64,000 nt of DNA from the human T2T-CHM13v2.0 reference genome, Homo sapiens, in the NCBI RefSeq assembly GCF_009914755.1, contig NC_060930.1. One strand, given 5' to 3'. A program made the position numbers and the translations under genes. Numbering within the stretch: the stretch's first letter is position 1; every line of letters begins with the position of its first letter. Below the pieces are notes generated by a model. It worked only from the letters and a program-made list of their open reading frames with translations. It did not search any database and was not told the origin of the DNA. Below, piece after piece: positions 34,561 through 47,475 of this stretch.

Positions 34561-36047
34561 ATCACATGCAAACAAGTCTTGGCTTATTAGTCTACTGGGA
34601 GCAGATTACTACTTTGAATCTTAATGCCCTCTCTTTCAGGTTAATATGCAAAACTACACACAAAACACTTAAAATGTAAAAAGAGGTAGTGACATCACTT
34701 GCTGACTTAAGTCTGAACTCAAATTAGTTAACCTGCCTATATATGGAAAAATTTCCATTTAAATGAAAATATTTCACTAGCCCACAAACAGCCTTAGACG
34801 TGGTTTCCTGTTTACCTTTAAATGGATGTTGTGGTTTCTTCTTAATGATTGGAGGAAGTTCCAAATTTTGGTGAAATGATCTCATTTAAACATAGAGCAG
34901 GATATGAGAAAGAATGATTAACTTGTGGTTCCGATTGATGTTGTATATTTTACACACAGCTGGATAAGTCTATTGTAATAATTAAAAATTTATTTCACTA
35001 ATTTTTTATTTTCATGAATATTAATTATTATGTCCTAAGCATTGTTGTAGAGATTAATAATGACAATAATGAAGAAGATATTGTCCTTGCTTTCAAGGAG
35101 TTGTTAATTTAGTTTAGAAAATAGGCAAGGAAATCAGTGATTGCAGTATAAAGTGTAACTGTCTTTAGAAGTTGGTGTGATCTGTTTGATATTAGATGTT
35201 TCTTGGCTGCTACTTCTGGAGTAATTTTTAACGGTGCTATGTAAGAATTCCATTGTTCACATAAGTATGCAATGGAAGGTCTACTTTTCAGCTCAGATTC
35301 ATTTATTGTTTCTCACCCTCTTTCCACAACCCAGAAGGTACTTAGTGAGTCTCCTTAAGTGACAAATAGTATTTGACTCTTTCCATTAGAATTACTCATG
35401 ATTTCTTTTCCCTTGTCTAATATTCACAAGATTTCTGCTAGAACAGAGAGAATACAGTCCTCAGAAATACAAACACAAATTATTTAGTTTAGTTAAATTA
35501 TAAGGCTGCAGCATTGCATACACACAGGCAGTATTTTGTTGAGTAAAATGGCAGGAAGCCAAAACTTTTATAGAAACCCGCTGATAATTCAACATTTAAA
35601 AACTATGATTTAAAAATGTACAAGTGAAAGATGATTTCTTAGAAATGCAGTAATCTTTTAGCAACCATATCAATGCTGATAGCAGGGGACAAGAGGGTCA
35701 CAAAGAGATTCCAGAAAAGAATAGGTTCTTTGTCTTGCTTACTCTGGGTTAGTTATTACCAGTTTTCTGGTAAGGAAGAATTAGAGGTAAATATCAGAAC
35801 TTACTAAACATACCATAGGTCACTGTTTAGTGGCCACTATTTTCACAGGGGTATGTGAAAAATGTAACTCCTTCCCTTTTCTTGCATATCAATTTGAGCT
35901 CACTTAGCCAGCCCTCTTTCTGCTAGATAGTAGGAAACTTTATCTAGATAATTCCAGGTGAGCCTAGACATCATCCAATGTTTCACCAAGTGTTTTTTTT
36001 TTAATTCCCATTTCTCTGTCCTTTTCTTCATGAAATCATCTAAGATT

Positions 36048-36366
<319 letters not shown>

Positions 36367-37544
36367 CTAAGATCTCCAGCTTTGGCAGAACTATCAATCC
36401 ATGTTGGCACCTGTCCAGATGCCTGTGTTTGCCTGTCTGAGCTCTGCTCCTGGTGACATGGCCTCTCCAGATCTACAGATTGTTTCTTAGCTAGTATCAG
36501 GCTCCTTTGCTATTTTACTTGGCACTTTAAGATGGGACTGTGGAAGATTCTCTGGGCTACAGGCCAGCTGGCCAGGCTCCCCTGCAGCCATTCTGTCCCC
36601 ACTTTACCAGGGAGGTAGGAGAAACTTTGGCAAGGTTGCCACCCTTACAGTCCGGACAGGCAGACTGTACACTTCTTCTACTCTGGGACTCCTCTAAATC
36701 TATCTTTCACTAGAGATCTGCCTGGGGCACCTAAAAGGTGCCCTCCACCTTCTAGGACCTAAGTGTTTTTAGGTAGTTTTGGGGTAGAAGGTGGTGATAA
36801 AAAATTCCCATGTTATCACATTTTCCTTCAAATATTACTATGATACAGCTAGACTGTGCTTTCAAAATGAAAATCTGCGAATTTTATGTCTCGTTTGTCC
36901 CCTGATTCTGCACACCTTGGGGTTAATGGAAGACTTATATTTAGTTCTGTCAGGTAGTATGAAAAAACATGGTACTGTGAAGAGAAGCAGCTTTTCTTTA
37001 CAACGTGCATGGTCATTCTTGAGAATTCTGCTGTTGTCTTCATGAATTTCTGGGGTTAGTAATGCCTCCAGGTGTCTTTGCAGGTAAATATGTCTACTAG
37101 GTTTCCTTTCAGATGCAGCTTTAATGCTTAGGGCTGGTAAAGCTGGTAAGAACTATTCTTGGAGAATTCCATCTAACAGTTTATCTGTGTCTAGAGTAGT
37201 AACAGTTGCTTATGTGAAGAGAACAAAGAATTACAGAAGAGGAATTATGTTAACATTTTACTTCAGAGACAGGTTTAATTTATTTTACTACATGAGCCCC
37301 TTTAGATACGGAGCTGATAGTAATTTCTTGCTGAAAGAACTAAAACGACCACTTCATTGGAAACTCATTAAGGAAAATGCCTGTGTATTATAACATCACC
37401 TTAGTCCTTACTTGTAGAAGAGCACATAATAGTCCCTTAAATTTTATTGAATGAGTAGAATTTCAGGCTACAATGTACCAACTTGCCCTATAAATTTTGT
37501 CAGGTAATGTTGGTATATTTTTCAAACACATTTCTTAGGACTAT

Positions 37545-38575
<1,031 letters not shown>

Positions 38576-38933
38576 AATACAGTCCCACAAGAAGCCAAAT
38601 GACAAAATAAATATATATATATATAAACAACAGAAGAAGAGCTTCTGGCAAGTAAGTTTGAGAAATAGCTGTATATCACATGCACCTTTGAAAGTGTATT
38701 TTAAATAACATTATACCAAAATTTCTTCATTTGTTCTTTCTGTATCTACTCTATTAATATGCTTCTTTATTCTTTTTCTCATTTATTAAACATTAGGATT
38801 TAATATACTAACTTCTTTTCTATTAATAACTGATCATCATGACACTCATGATTAATTAAATGTTTCATTACATAAGAATGGCATCGGGGCAATATGGAAA
38901 AAAGAGGTAGGTTTTATTTATCTATAGATATTT

Positions 38934-39441
38934 ATTTTATTTTATTTTTTTTTTGAGTGAAATTCTGCTTTATTTTATAATTAGAAAGGGCCAAGCTTTC
39001 TCCTGGTTCAGCAAACCATCTCTGATGAGCAGGTTAGGGGCAGGTTACCAGACTACCCACCATTCCCTTTTGTCAGATGCTCAGACTGCTCAACCGTAAG
39101 GGTTGGTCCTGCCTCAGAACCCACTCTGGTCATAGAGATCACAAACTAGGGTCCATCTGTCAGTCCTGACATTTCTCTAGGGGAAGGTGGAAGGAGAGAA
39201 TTAGAGATGTCTCTAGTTGCAGAATTATGGCCTGCAGTGGGTCAAAGGAACATGACTAAGACCTCACAAAAGACAAGATTCTATCTTGTGGTGAGGGGTG
39301 TGGTTGGGGGTAGGAATTAATCAGAGTGAAGCATTCTTGCCTAGAGGTAAAGCTCTCCTTTTTCTTTTCTTTTTTTTTTTTTTTTGTTTCCTTTCTTTTA
39401 TTTAATTTATGTGATGAAACCTGGTCAAATTTTGGGCTGAG
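38934..39441 (-). other. 3'-transduced sequence carried by the SVA (two segments, two extra poly(A) tails)
   Basis: Lies inside the TSD atctatagatattt (38920-38933 and 40918-40931); T tracts at 38934-38954 and 39359-39385, each with an upstream AATAAA on the minus strand. Confidence 0.88.
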
Positions 39442-40917
39442 TTTTTTTTTTTTAGTTGATCATTCTTGGGTGTTTCTGGCAGAGGGGGATTTGGCAGGGT
39501 CATAGGACAATAGTGGAGGGAAGGTCAGCAGATAAACAAGTGAACAAAGGTCTCTGGTTTTCCTAGGCAGAGGACCCTGCGGCCTTCCGCAGTGTTTGTG
39601 TCCCTGGATACTTGAGATTAGGGAGTGGTGATGACTCTTAACGAGCATGCTGCCTTCAAGCATCTGTTTAACAAAGCACATCTTGCACCGCCCTTAATCC
39701 ATTTAACCCTGAGTGGACACAGCACATGTTTCAGAGAGCATAGGGCTGGGGGCAAGGTCATAGATCAACAGCATCCCAAGGCAGAAGAATCTTTCTCAGT
39801 ACAGAACAAAAATGGAGTCTCCCATGTCTACTTCTTTCTACACAGACACAGAAACAATCTGATTTCTCTATCCTTTCCCCACATTTCCCCCTTTTCTATT
39901 CCACAAAACCGCCATCGTCATCATGGCCCGTTCTCAATGAGCTGCTGGGTACACCTCCCAGACGGGGTGGCGGCCGGAAAGAGGGGCTCCTCAGTTCCCA
40001 GCAGGGGCGGCTGGCCGGGCGGGGGCTGCCCCCCACCTCCCTCCCGGACGGGGCGGCTGCTGGGCAGAGACGCTCCTCACTTCCCAGACAGGGCGGCTGC
40101 CGGGCAGAGGGGCTCCTCACTTATCAGACGGGGTGGCTGCTGGGCGGAGGGGCTCCTCACTTCTCAGATTGGGTGGCTGCTGGGCGGAGGGGCTCCTCAC
40201 TTCTCAGATGATGTGGCCGGCAGAGATGCTCCTCACCTCCCAGATGGAGTCGTGGCCGGGCAGAGGCGCTCCTCACATCCCAGACGGGGCGGCGGGGCAG
40301 AGGCGCTCCCCACATCTCAGACGATGGGCGGCCGGGCAGAGACGCTCCTCGCTTCCTAGACGGGATGGCAGCCGGGAAGAGGCGCTCCTCACTTCCCAGA
40401 CTGGGCAGCCGGGCAGAGGGTCTCCTCACATCCCAGACGATGGGCGGCCAGGCAGAGATGCTCCTCACTTCCCAGATGGGGCGGCGGCCGGGCAGAGGCT
40501 GCAATCTCGACACTTTGGGAGGCCAACGCAGGCGGCTGGGAGGTGGAGGTTGTAGCTAGCCGAGATCACGCCACTGCACTCCAGCCTGGGCAACATTGAG
40601 CAATGAGTGAACGAGACTCCGTCTGCAATCCCGGCGCCTCGGGAGGCCGAGGCTGGCAGATCACTCGCGGTTAGGAGCTGGAGACCAGCCCAGCCAACAC
40701 AGCGAAACCTCGTCTCCACCAAAAAAATATGAAAACCAGTCAGGCGTGGTGGCACGTGCCTGCAATGGCAGGCACTTGGCAGGCTGAGGCGGGAGAATCA
40801 GGCAGGGAGGTTGCAGTGAGCCGAGATGACAGCAGTACAGTCCAGCTTCGGCTCGGCATTAGAGGGAGACCGTGAGGAGAGGGAGACCGTGGGGAGAGGG
40901 AGAGGGAGAGGGAGAGC
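39442..40917 (-). mobile_element. Full-length SVA (older, SVA_B/C-like)
   Basis: (CCCTCT)n head near 40890-40917, Alu-like region ~40500-40860, GC-rich VNTR ~39960-40500, SINE-R ~39454-39955, poly(A) 39442-39453. Confidence 0.97.
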
Positions 40918-42724
40918 ATCTATAGATATTTCAATTGTACTGGCTCTTGATATTTTTAGTAAGAGTTTTCATGTGAGGAAGTACTCAAGTTTGAAAAAAC
41001 CTCTTTATAAATCCAAAGACTTAGAAGGAGTTTCTAATGCATAATACAAATGCCAACAATTAAGCAATTCGAGGAATTTTCTTACTGACCTTCCTATTTA
41101 TTTAAAATTAATATAAAAATTAGTCTTCCTGATTTCTTCATGGCTGTGCTTGATTGCATAAAGTTGCTTTTACCTGGCCATCTTTTAACATTTTGTTTTT
41201 TATTTGGAGTTGCTAAATTAAAGGAAGGAAGCTGTCACAAATTGCTAAAAATAATACATTGAACTATAAATATGAATCATTTAGATTCCAGTATATTTAT
41301 TTATATACCACCCTTTTTCTGAAATAATTTGAAGAAGCTTATTACTTTATGTACAGAATTTTTTTTATGAAGACCATAATGAGTACAGTGAACACAGCTG
41401 TAATTACTATTCCAGCCCTGAAAGCCACTGTGATGAAGTCATGGAATTATGATCTCTTCTAAGCTTATAATTGTGAGCAAACATATGTACAAGTTTATAT
41501 TACTGCAGTGGGATCCTCAGAAAGAATCACATTCTGGAAACATTTAAGACAAAATAAGCCTTTCTGATCTGCTAATAAAGTAAACAATCTTGATTTAAAA
41601 AGAATAAATCATGTGTTAGGGACAAAAATGTGAAGTTCTTTGTGTGAGATCACAGCTCAGTGCTCTCTTCAAAAACAAAAAGTCATGCAGTTGTTTTTAT
41701 TGTTTAAATATAAATAATTCACGTTCCAAAAATGTCTCCTCAGGCTAACTCAGTATCATTTTAAGGTATTTTTTTTTAAGTTTACACTTGACCTGAATCT
41801 TGTCTCTCAAGCAGACAGGACATGTTTTCTAGAATAATTGGCACATTAATAATTAGCCAACCCTGGGGCACAGGGAGGAAAGAAAACATTTCAGGGCTAT
41901 TAGACACCAAACACCACTTTCAAACGGGGCTGTACCTGGTGAGAAAGGGGGATGGCCATCCAAGTGTCCACACTTGGAGATTCTGCAAAGAGGCTTCCCC
42001 TTGCAATGATTCTTTATGCAGCCCATATTTTTCTGTGAGAAGTGGCAAGACAGAAATGAAAGCTGTGAATTGATCTGCCTGCTTAGTAAGCCAAGCTTAT
42101 AAAAGAAAAAAATTTGCTCAAGTTTCCTGACCTTGTCACCTTGTTTAAGAGACTGAAAGAACCTGACCTTTCCTTCTACCATTTTGTCTGCTTCTTCAAC
42201 TTGGCATGAATTGTGATTTGGAATAGAGTTAAAATCTCTTTTGGTGTTAGACTTATTCAGGGAAAAATATATCCAAGGATATATAATTCTGAACTTCCAA
42301 GAAAAAATCCTAAATGCAGCAAGTAATGCATTTTAAAGGAAACGTGAAAGTATAATTTGTGTTAAATTGTTAAAGGGTTTTAAAACATTAAAATTCATTT
42401 ATTAAAATAACTTGCATTTTACATGTATTGTAGAAAACCTGAAAACTCTAGAAAAATATAAAGTAAAACAAAAGCATCCATACTTTTGTTATCCAAAAAA
42501 TGCTATTAATCTTTTAGTGTTTTTCCTAAATATATATAATAACAGGCACTACATTTAAACATAATTTTTATACATTCAATAGTTTTGTCTATGGCCATGA
42601 TAATCTTAGAATATCCGAAAGAGCCAGCATAATCTGTAAAGTTGCTGAGTGTCTATAATAATATAGAATAAATGACATCAAGAAATATATTGGCTCAGGG
42701 GATATCTGCATTATTTAAAACTCC

Positions 42725-42958
42725 TTCGAACAACCATGTGAATGAGCTTGGAAGCTGATTCCCCCTCAGTCCAGCCTTCAGATGAGGCCTCAGCCTTGGC
42801 TAGCTGCTTGACTGTAACCTTATGAAAGACCCCCAAGCTGGAGGCATCCAGCTAAGCCACATCTGGAATTCTCAACACACAGAAACAGTGACATAATGTT
42901 TGTCATTTTCAACCACTGAGCTTTGAAATAATTTGTTATGGAACAATAGGTAATTAGG
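42725..42958 (+). mobile_element. MLT1 (MaLR) LTR fragment
   Basis: aacaaccatgtgaatgagcttggaagc ... ccttcagatgag ... aatttgttatggaacaatagg. Confidence 0.7.
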
Positions 42959-43369
42959 TTATAGCATACAATAATTAAATGGACTTTGGTCATTACACAA
43001 GCTATGCCACTCAGTTTACTACAATGTTCATCAAATCACTTAACTTCTCTGGTTTGTAGTTTGCTTACTTGTGGGATTTGGCCAGATTAGTGCTTCTCAG
43101 TCTTCAGTCATTTATTTATTAATATTTTCTATACCTACTTGCAAATTGTAGTGTTATTTACTGAATTCTTCAAGTTTTATTATGATGCAAAAATTACTTG
43201 AAGCTAATTGGGCCATTCAGCAAACATGTCTTCAGTAAATATTGGTAGTCTTCCAGTAGTTATATGTTGGTGAAGGATATTTTCCTCTTTCTGACAACTT
43301 GTTTTTATCAGATGATATATTACAGTGAGTGAAAGTCTCAGACTAAATTCTGTCAAATGTACGAACATT

Positions 43370-43548
43370 TACTGTATTTCACCAAAACTAAGATATCATC
43401 TACTTCAAGATACACCATAATATTATGGAACAGCAAGGGTGAAAGAAACACTGCAAATCATAATTAGAAAATGTAAGACATATCCAATTCCAGATATGTT
43501 AAAATGTGAGAAAAAAGTGTGTGCTTTAAGATTAAAGAAATAAGATAT
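43370..43548. mobile_element. MER104-like Tc2/Mariner remnant
   Basis: tactgtatttcaccaaaactaagat ... gttaaaatgtgagaaaaaagtgtgtgcttt. Confidence 0.45.
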
Positions 43549-46466
43549 TAGCAACTAAGCACCAAAATATGTCATCATCCATTCTATTCAGTACTTTTGA
43601 AGTTACACTTTTGACCTAAGGACACGAGCCCTAGCAAGAAAGTTTACTCCAAGAGGGGTATCCCACTGTTCTGATGCCAGAAACAGCCGTCTTTGTAATG
43701 AGATCAGGCTATAATGTTCTCCATGCAATGGAAGAATGGGGGAAGAATTGGCTCTCATCTTAAGTGCTCCTGATCTTGTGTGCTACACTTGGCTTCTCAG
43801 GGTTTATGCAAGGGTGGTGGAGTCTTCACAGTATTCCCAACTCACCTATTTTAAAGAACACACATTTAAGCCAATAAAGATTATTTCTAACATACCTTAT
43901 GCTAATTAGCAAAGCCTTTGGTACAGCTTTGATTATGGACATGCTATCTTTTAAGTGTAGTTCTCCTTAGATGTTGAGTCCTGATTAGTACTTCAAATAT
44001 TAATTAATCATTCCTGATATGTAGATTAGAAACAAGTACTTCAAAATACACATCCTGCTGTTTATAATGAAGCATTTTAAACTAAATGATCACATCTAGT
44101 ATAAAAACACTTATTTTTTCCAAAGTACACTTATATAGTTAGGAAACTACAAGTTACTACTGTAAATGGGAAGTGAGCAATAGTGCTATAAATATAATAG
44201 AAGCCACCTGTAAAAAGGAACACATACATCAAAACAATGCTTGGTGCCATTGCCTAGTTAAGGTTCTAAACTTGAGGCCAGCTCTCCCTTTGTTAAAGAA
44301 GGTAAGTAATTGAGATTTGTTTCCTTGAATTAATCAGAGGAAAAAAAAACAAGGCAGTCATTTTCTTGTAATGTTACTCCAAATTATTTAATGCTCTGTA
44401 AGTGTACCACCAGGGTCTGGGTCCTGTACTTTGTGAAAAACTAGATTACATGATTTCAAAGTCTCTGACAGGTCTAATATTTTTTGAGATACAATTTTTC
44501 TTGTGCTTCTTTTGTAAAGCTGTGGGTGGAAATGCATGTCATTTCAGAAAATAGTGCATAGGTCATTGGCATCTTACACAGATTTGTTGCTGTGAATCCT
44601 TGAACCAGGAAAGTATTTATTTTTCTAATTAGCTCATTAATAAATGAGAACATTATAAACAATTGTGTATTTTTTCCTCATGGTGCTCATATTATGCACT
44701 TATAATATGAAAGACTTTTAGGCAATATTAAAATGTAGACTCAAGCCTTCTTGTTTTAGAATCAGTAACAACAATACAACAACAAATAACTTATTTGTCT
44801 GACAGGCACCAGGCTTTAATAAGCATTTTCCACCCCCGCATTCTACCTGCCAGTGATGATACTGCAGCATCTGGTATGATTTGATTTTTGGTACCACTTT
44901 GTCTTTATTTCTGGATATAGAGCTTACATTCTTCATTGGATAAGTACTTCCAAGTGGACCTTACAAAGCAATCACAATGTCAGATAAGCTAAAAAAGCCT
45001 GTTCTGATAACCAATAGTTTGGTTTTCTATCATCTTGGAAACATTCTTTGGCAGGGTATCTGCATTCTTTTTGACTTATTGCAGAAGAGAACCATTCTCT
45101 AAGTAACTCTTACAGGAAAATGAGAAAAAATGTTTTATGACTTCCAAGAGTGAAGTAAGTTCTGGAATCAGTCACCTGTGAACAAATGTTAGCCATACAT
45201 TTCTAATAGTGGGATAGGGAGTTCAGGGACAAATGCTTGACCATTTCTTATGTTTTTCCTCATTTGTTTTAAAGCTTATCCTCAACGACACGTTTTATTA
45301 GCTTGACTAAAAGTTTGAGAGGGATACCTATTTTAATTCTTTTTTAAAATTGTCTAGCAGTCTAGCTGAATTTCTTTTATACAGTTTGACCAAGAACTAA
45401 GAAGCCCAAGTATCAGTATCTCTATTACAGAGTTTATCAATTGGTGTCTCCTGCCAAAAATTCTGATCTCCAATAGTCTTATATTTTATTTTAATATTAA
45501 CTTCAATATTTCAGTTAACTTGAAAACTTCTGATATTTAATATCAAAACTAGTTTTTTTGCTTATCTTAAATATTATAGTAATCATCCCACAAGTGGTTT
45601 TTTCTAGTACCCTAACAACATTAATAACTAAAAGTGTGTTGTATTATAGACAAGATTTAAAAGCACAATTACAACTGAAAGTAAATTAGCAATTACTTGT
45701 TGAAAGTGTCTTTAATGCTGTTCTGACTCCCTAGTAGCACTTATTCACTTCTTTTTATTGATTTTCTATGCTTCCAAACTTTGCTTCCATTTATCAATAT
45801 TTAAATATGCTATGTCTCACTCTCATGGGGGCTAATGTTGTAGTTTAACCATCTGCAAGGTATTTCTTATTGACAGCTAACAGCTACTATTTTCCTCAAA
45901 GGCAACAATGCTAATTAACAACTGTCTTTTATCCAATCCAGAGCAGTGACTGACAGTGACAGTTTTGGCACTGAGGCAGGAAAGTGAAAACAAGATTTTT
46001 GTTATAATTTGTATTTTTTTTTTGGTATGCGTCAAACCACACCATGCAGATAGCTATGTATGGCATAGATTTCTATCTAAAGGAGAGTATAATTTTCATA
46101 TAGTTATGCTTTTGGTTCACTCTGCTAACAAAGCTTTTCCTTTCAAAAGAATAGGTTTCTCACTGAGGTATGGACATGCCAAGTCCGAAATTTAAAATCT
46201 AAAACATTCTGTATTATCTGAGAACAAATAAAGCTTTGGAAAAATTTATCTGATGCAAAATTACTAGACTGTTTTTTTCATGGTGCCCAAATATATTTTT
46301 CTTTAAACATTTATCAACTAATCATTTTGTAGTTTTAGAAAAATCAACATTTATTTAGAAGAACATATAGGCTATTAAAACCAGTCATGACAGGAATGAT
46401 AATCTTGGAAGGTGATATGCATATCCATTCCAGTGGTTTTAATGCTGCCACAAATGTTTGATTTTT

Positions 46467-47475
46467 ATTTATTTATTTATTTATTTTTTATTTAAGTTAT
46501 AGGGTACATGTGCACAACATGCAGGTTTGTTACATATGTATACATGTGCCACGTTGGTGTGCTGCACCCATTAACTCGTCATTTACATTAGGTATATCTC
46601 CTAATGCTTTCCCTCCCCCCTCCCCCTACCCCACGACAGGCCCCGGTGTGTGATGTTCCCCTTCCTGTGTCCAAGTGTTCTCATTGTTCAATTCCCACCT
46701 ATGAGTGAGAACATGTGGTGTTTGGTTTTTTGTCCTTGCAATAATTTGCTGAGAATGATGGTTTCCAGCTTCATCCATGTCCCTACAAAGGACATGAACT
46801 CATCCTTTTTTATAGCTGCAAAGTATTCCATGGTGTATATGTGCCACATTTTCTTAATCCAGTCTATCATTGATGGACATTTGGGCTGGTTTCAAGTCTT
46901 TGCTATTGTGAATAGTGCTGCAATAAACATATGTGTGCATGTGCCTTTATAGCAGCATGATTTATAATCCTTTGGGTATATACCCAGTAATGGGATGGCT
47001 GGGTCAAATGGTATTTCTAGTTCTAGATCCTTGAGGAATTGCCACACTGACTTCCACAATGGTTGAAGTAGTTTACAGTCCCACCAGCAGTGTAAAAGTG
47101 TTCCTATTTCTCCACATCCTCTCCAGCACCTGTTGTTTCCTGACTTTTTAATGATCGCCATTCTAACTAATTAAACTAAACAGCTTCTGCACAGCAAAAG
47201 AAACTACCATCAGAGTGAACAGGCAACCTACAGAATGGGAGAAAATTTTTGCAATCTACTCATCTGACAAAGGGCTAATATCCAGAATCAACAAAGAACT
47301 CAAACAAATTTACAAGAATAAAACAAACAACCCCATCAAAAAGTGGGCAAAGGATATGAACAGACACTTCTCAAAAGAAGACATGTATGCGTCCAACAGA
47401 CACATGAAAACATGCTCATCATCACTGGCCGTCAGAGAAATGCAAATCAAAACCACAGTGAGATACCATTTCACA
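46467..47475 (-). mobile_element. 5'-inverted L1PA (about L1PA5-like): 46467-47168 minus, 47167-47475 plus
   Basis: TSD cacaaatgtttgattttt at 46449-46466 and 47472-47489; 2-nt ct microhomology at the inversion junction. Confidence 0.97.

Noticed and set aside
39960-40500. Regularly spaced gctcctcacttcccaga repeats resembling a repeat-spacer array
   Set aside because: This is the SVA VNTR; the intervening sequences are related to each other and the DNA is eukaryotic.
39460-41044. Several overlapping ORFs up to 244 aa
   Set aside because: Read-through of the GC-rich SVA VNTR, SINE-R and Alu-like sequence; not genes.
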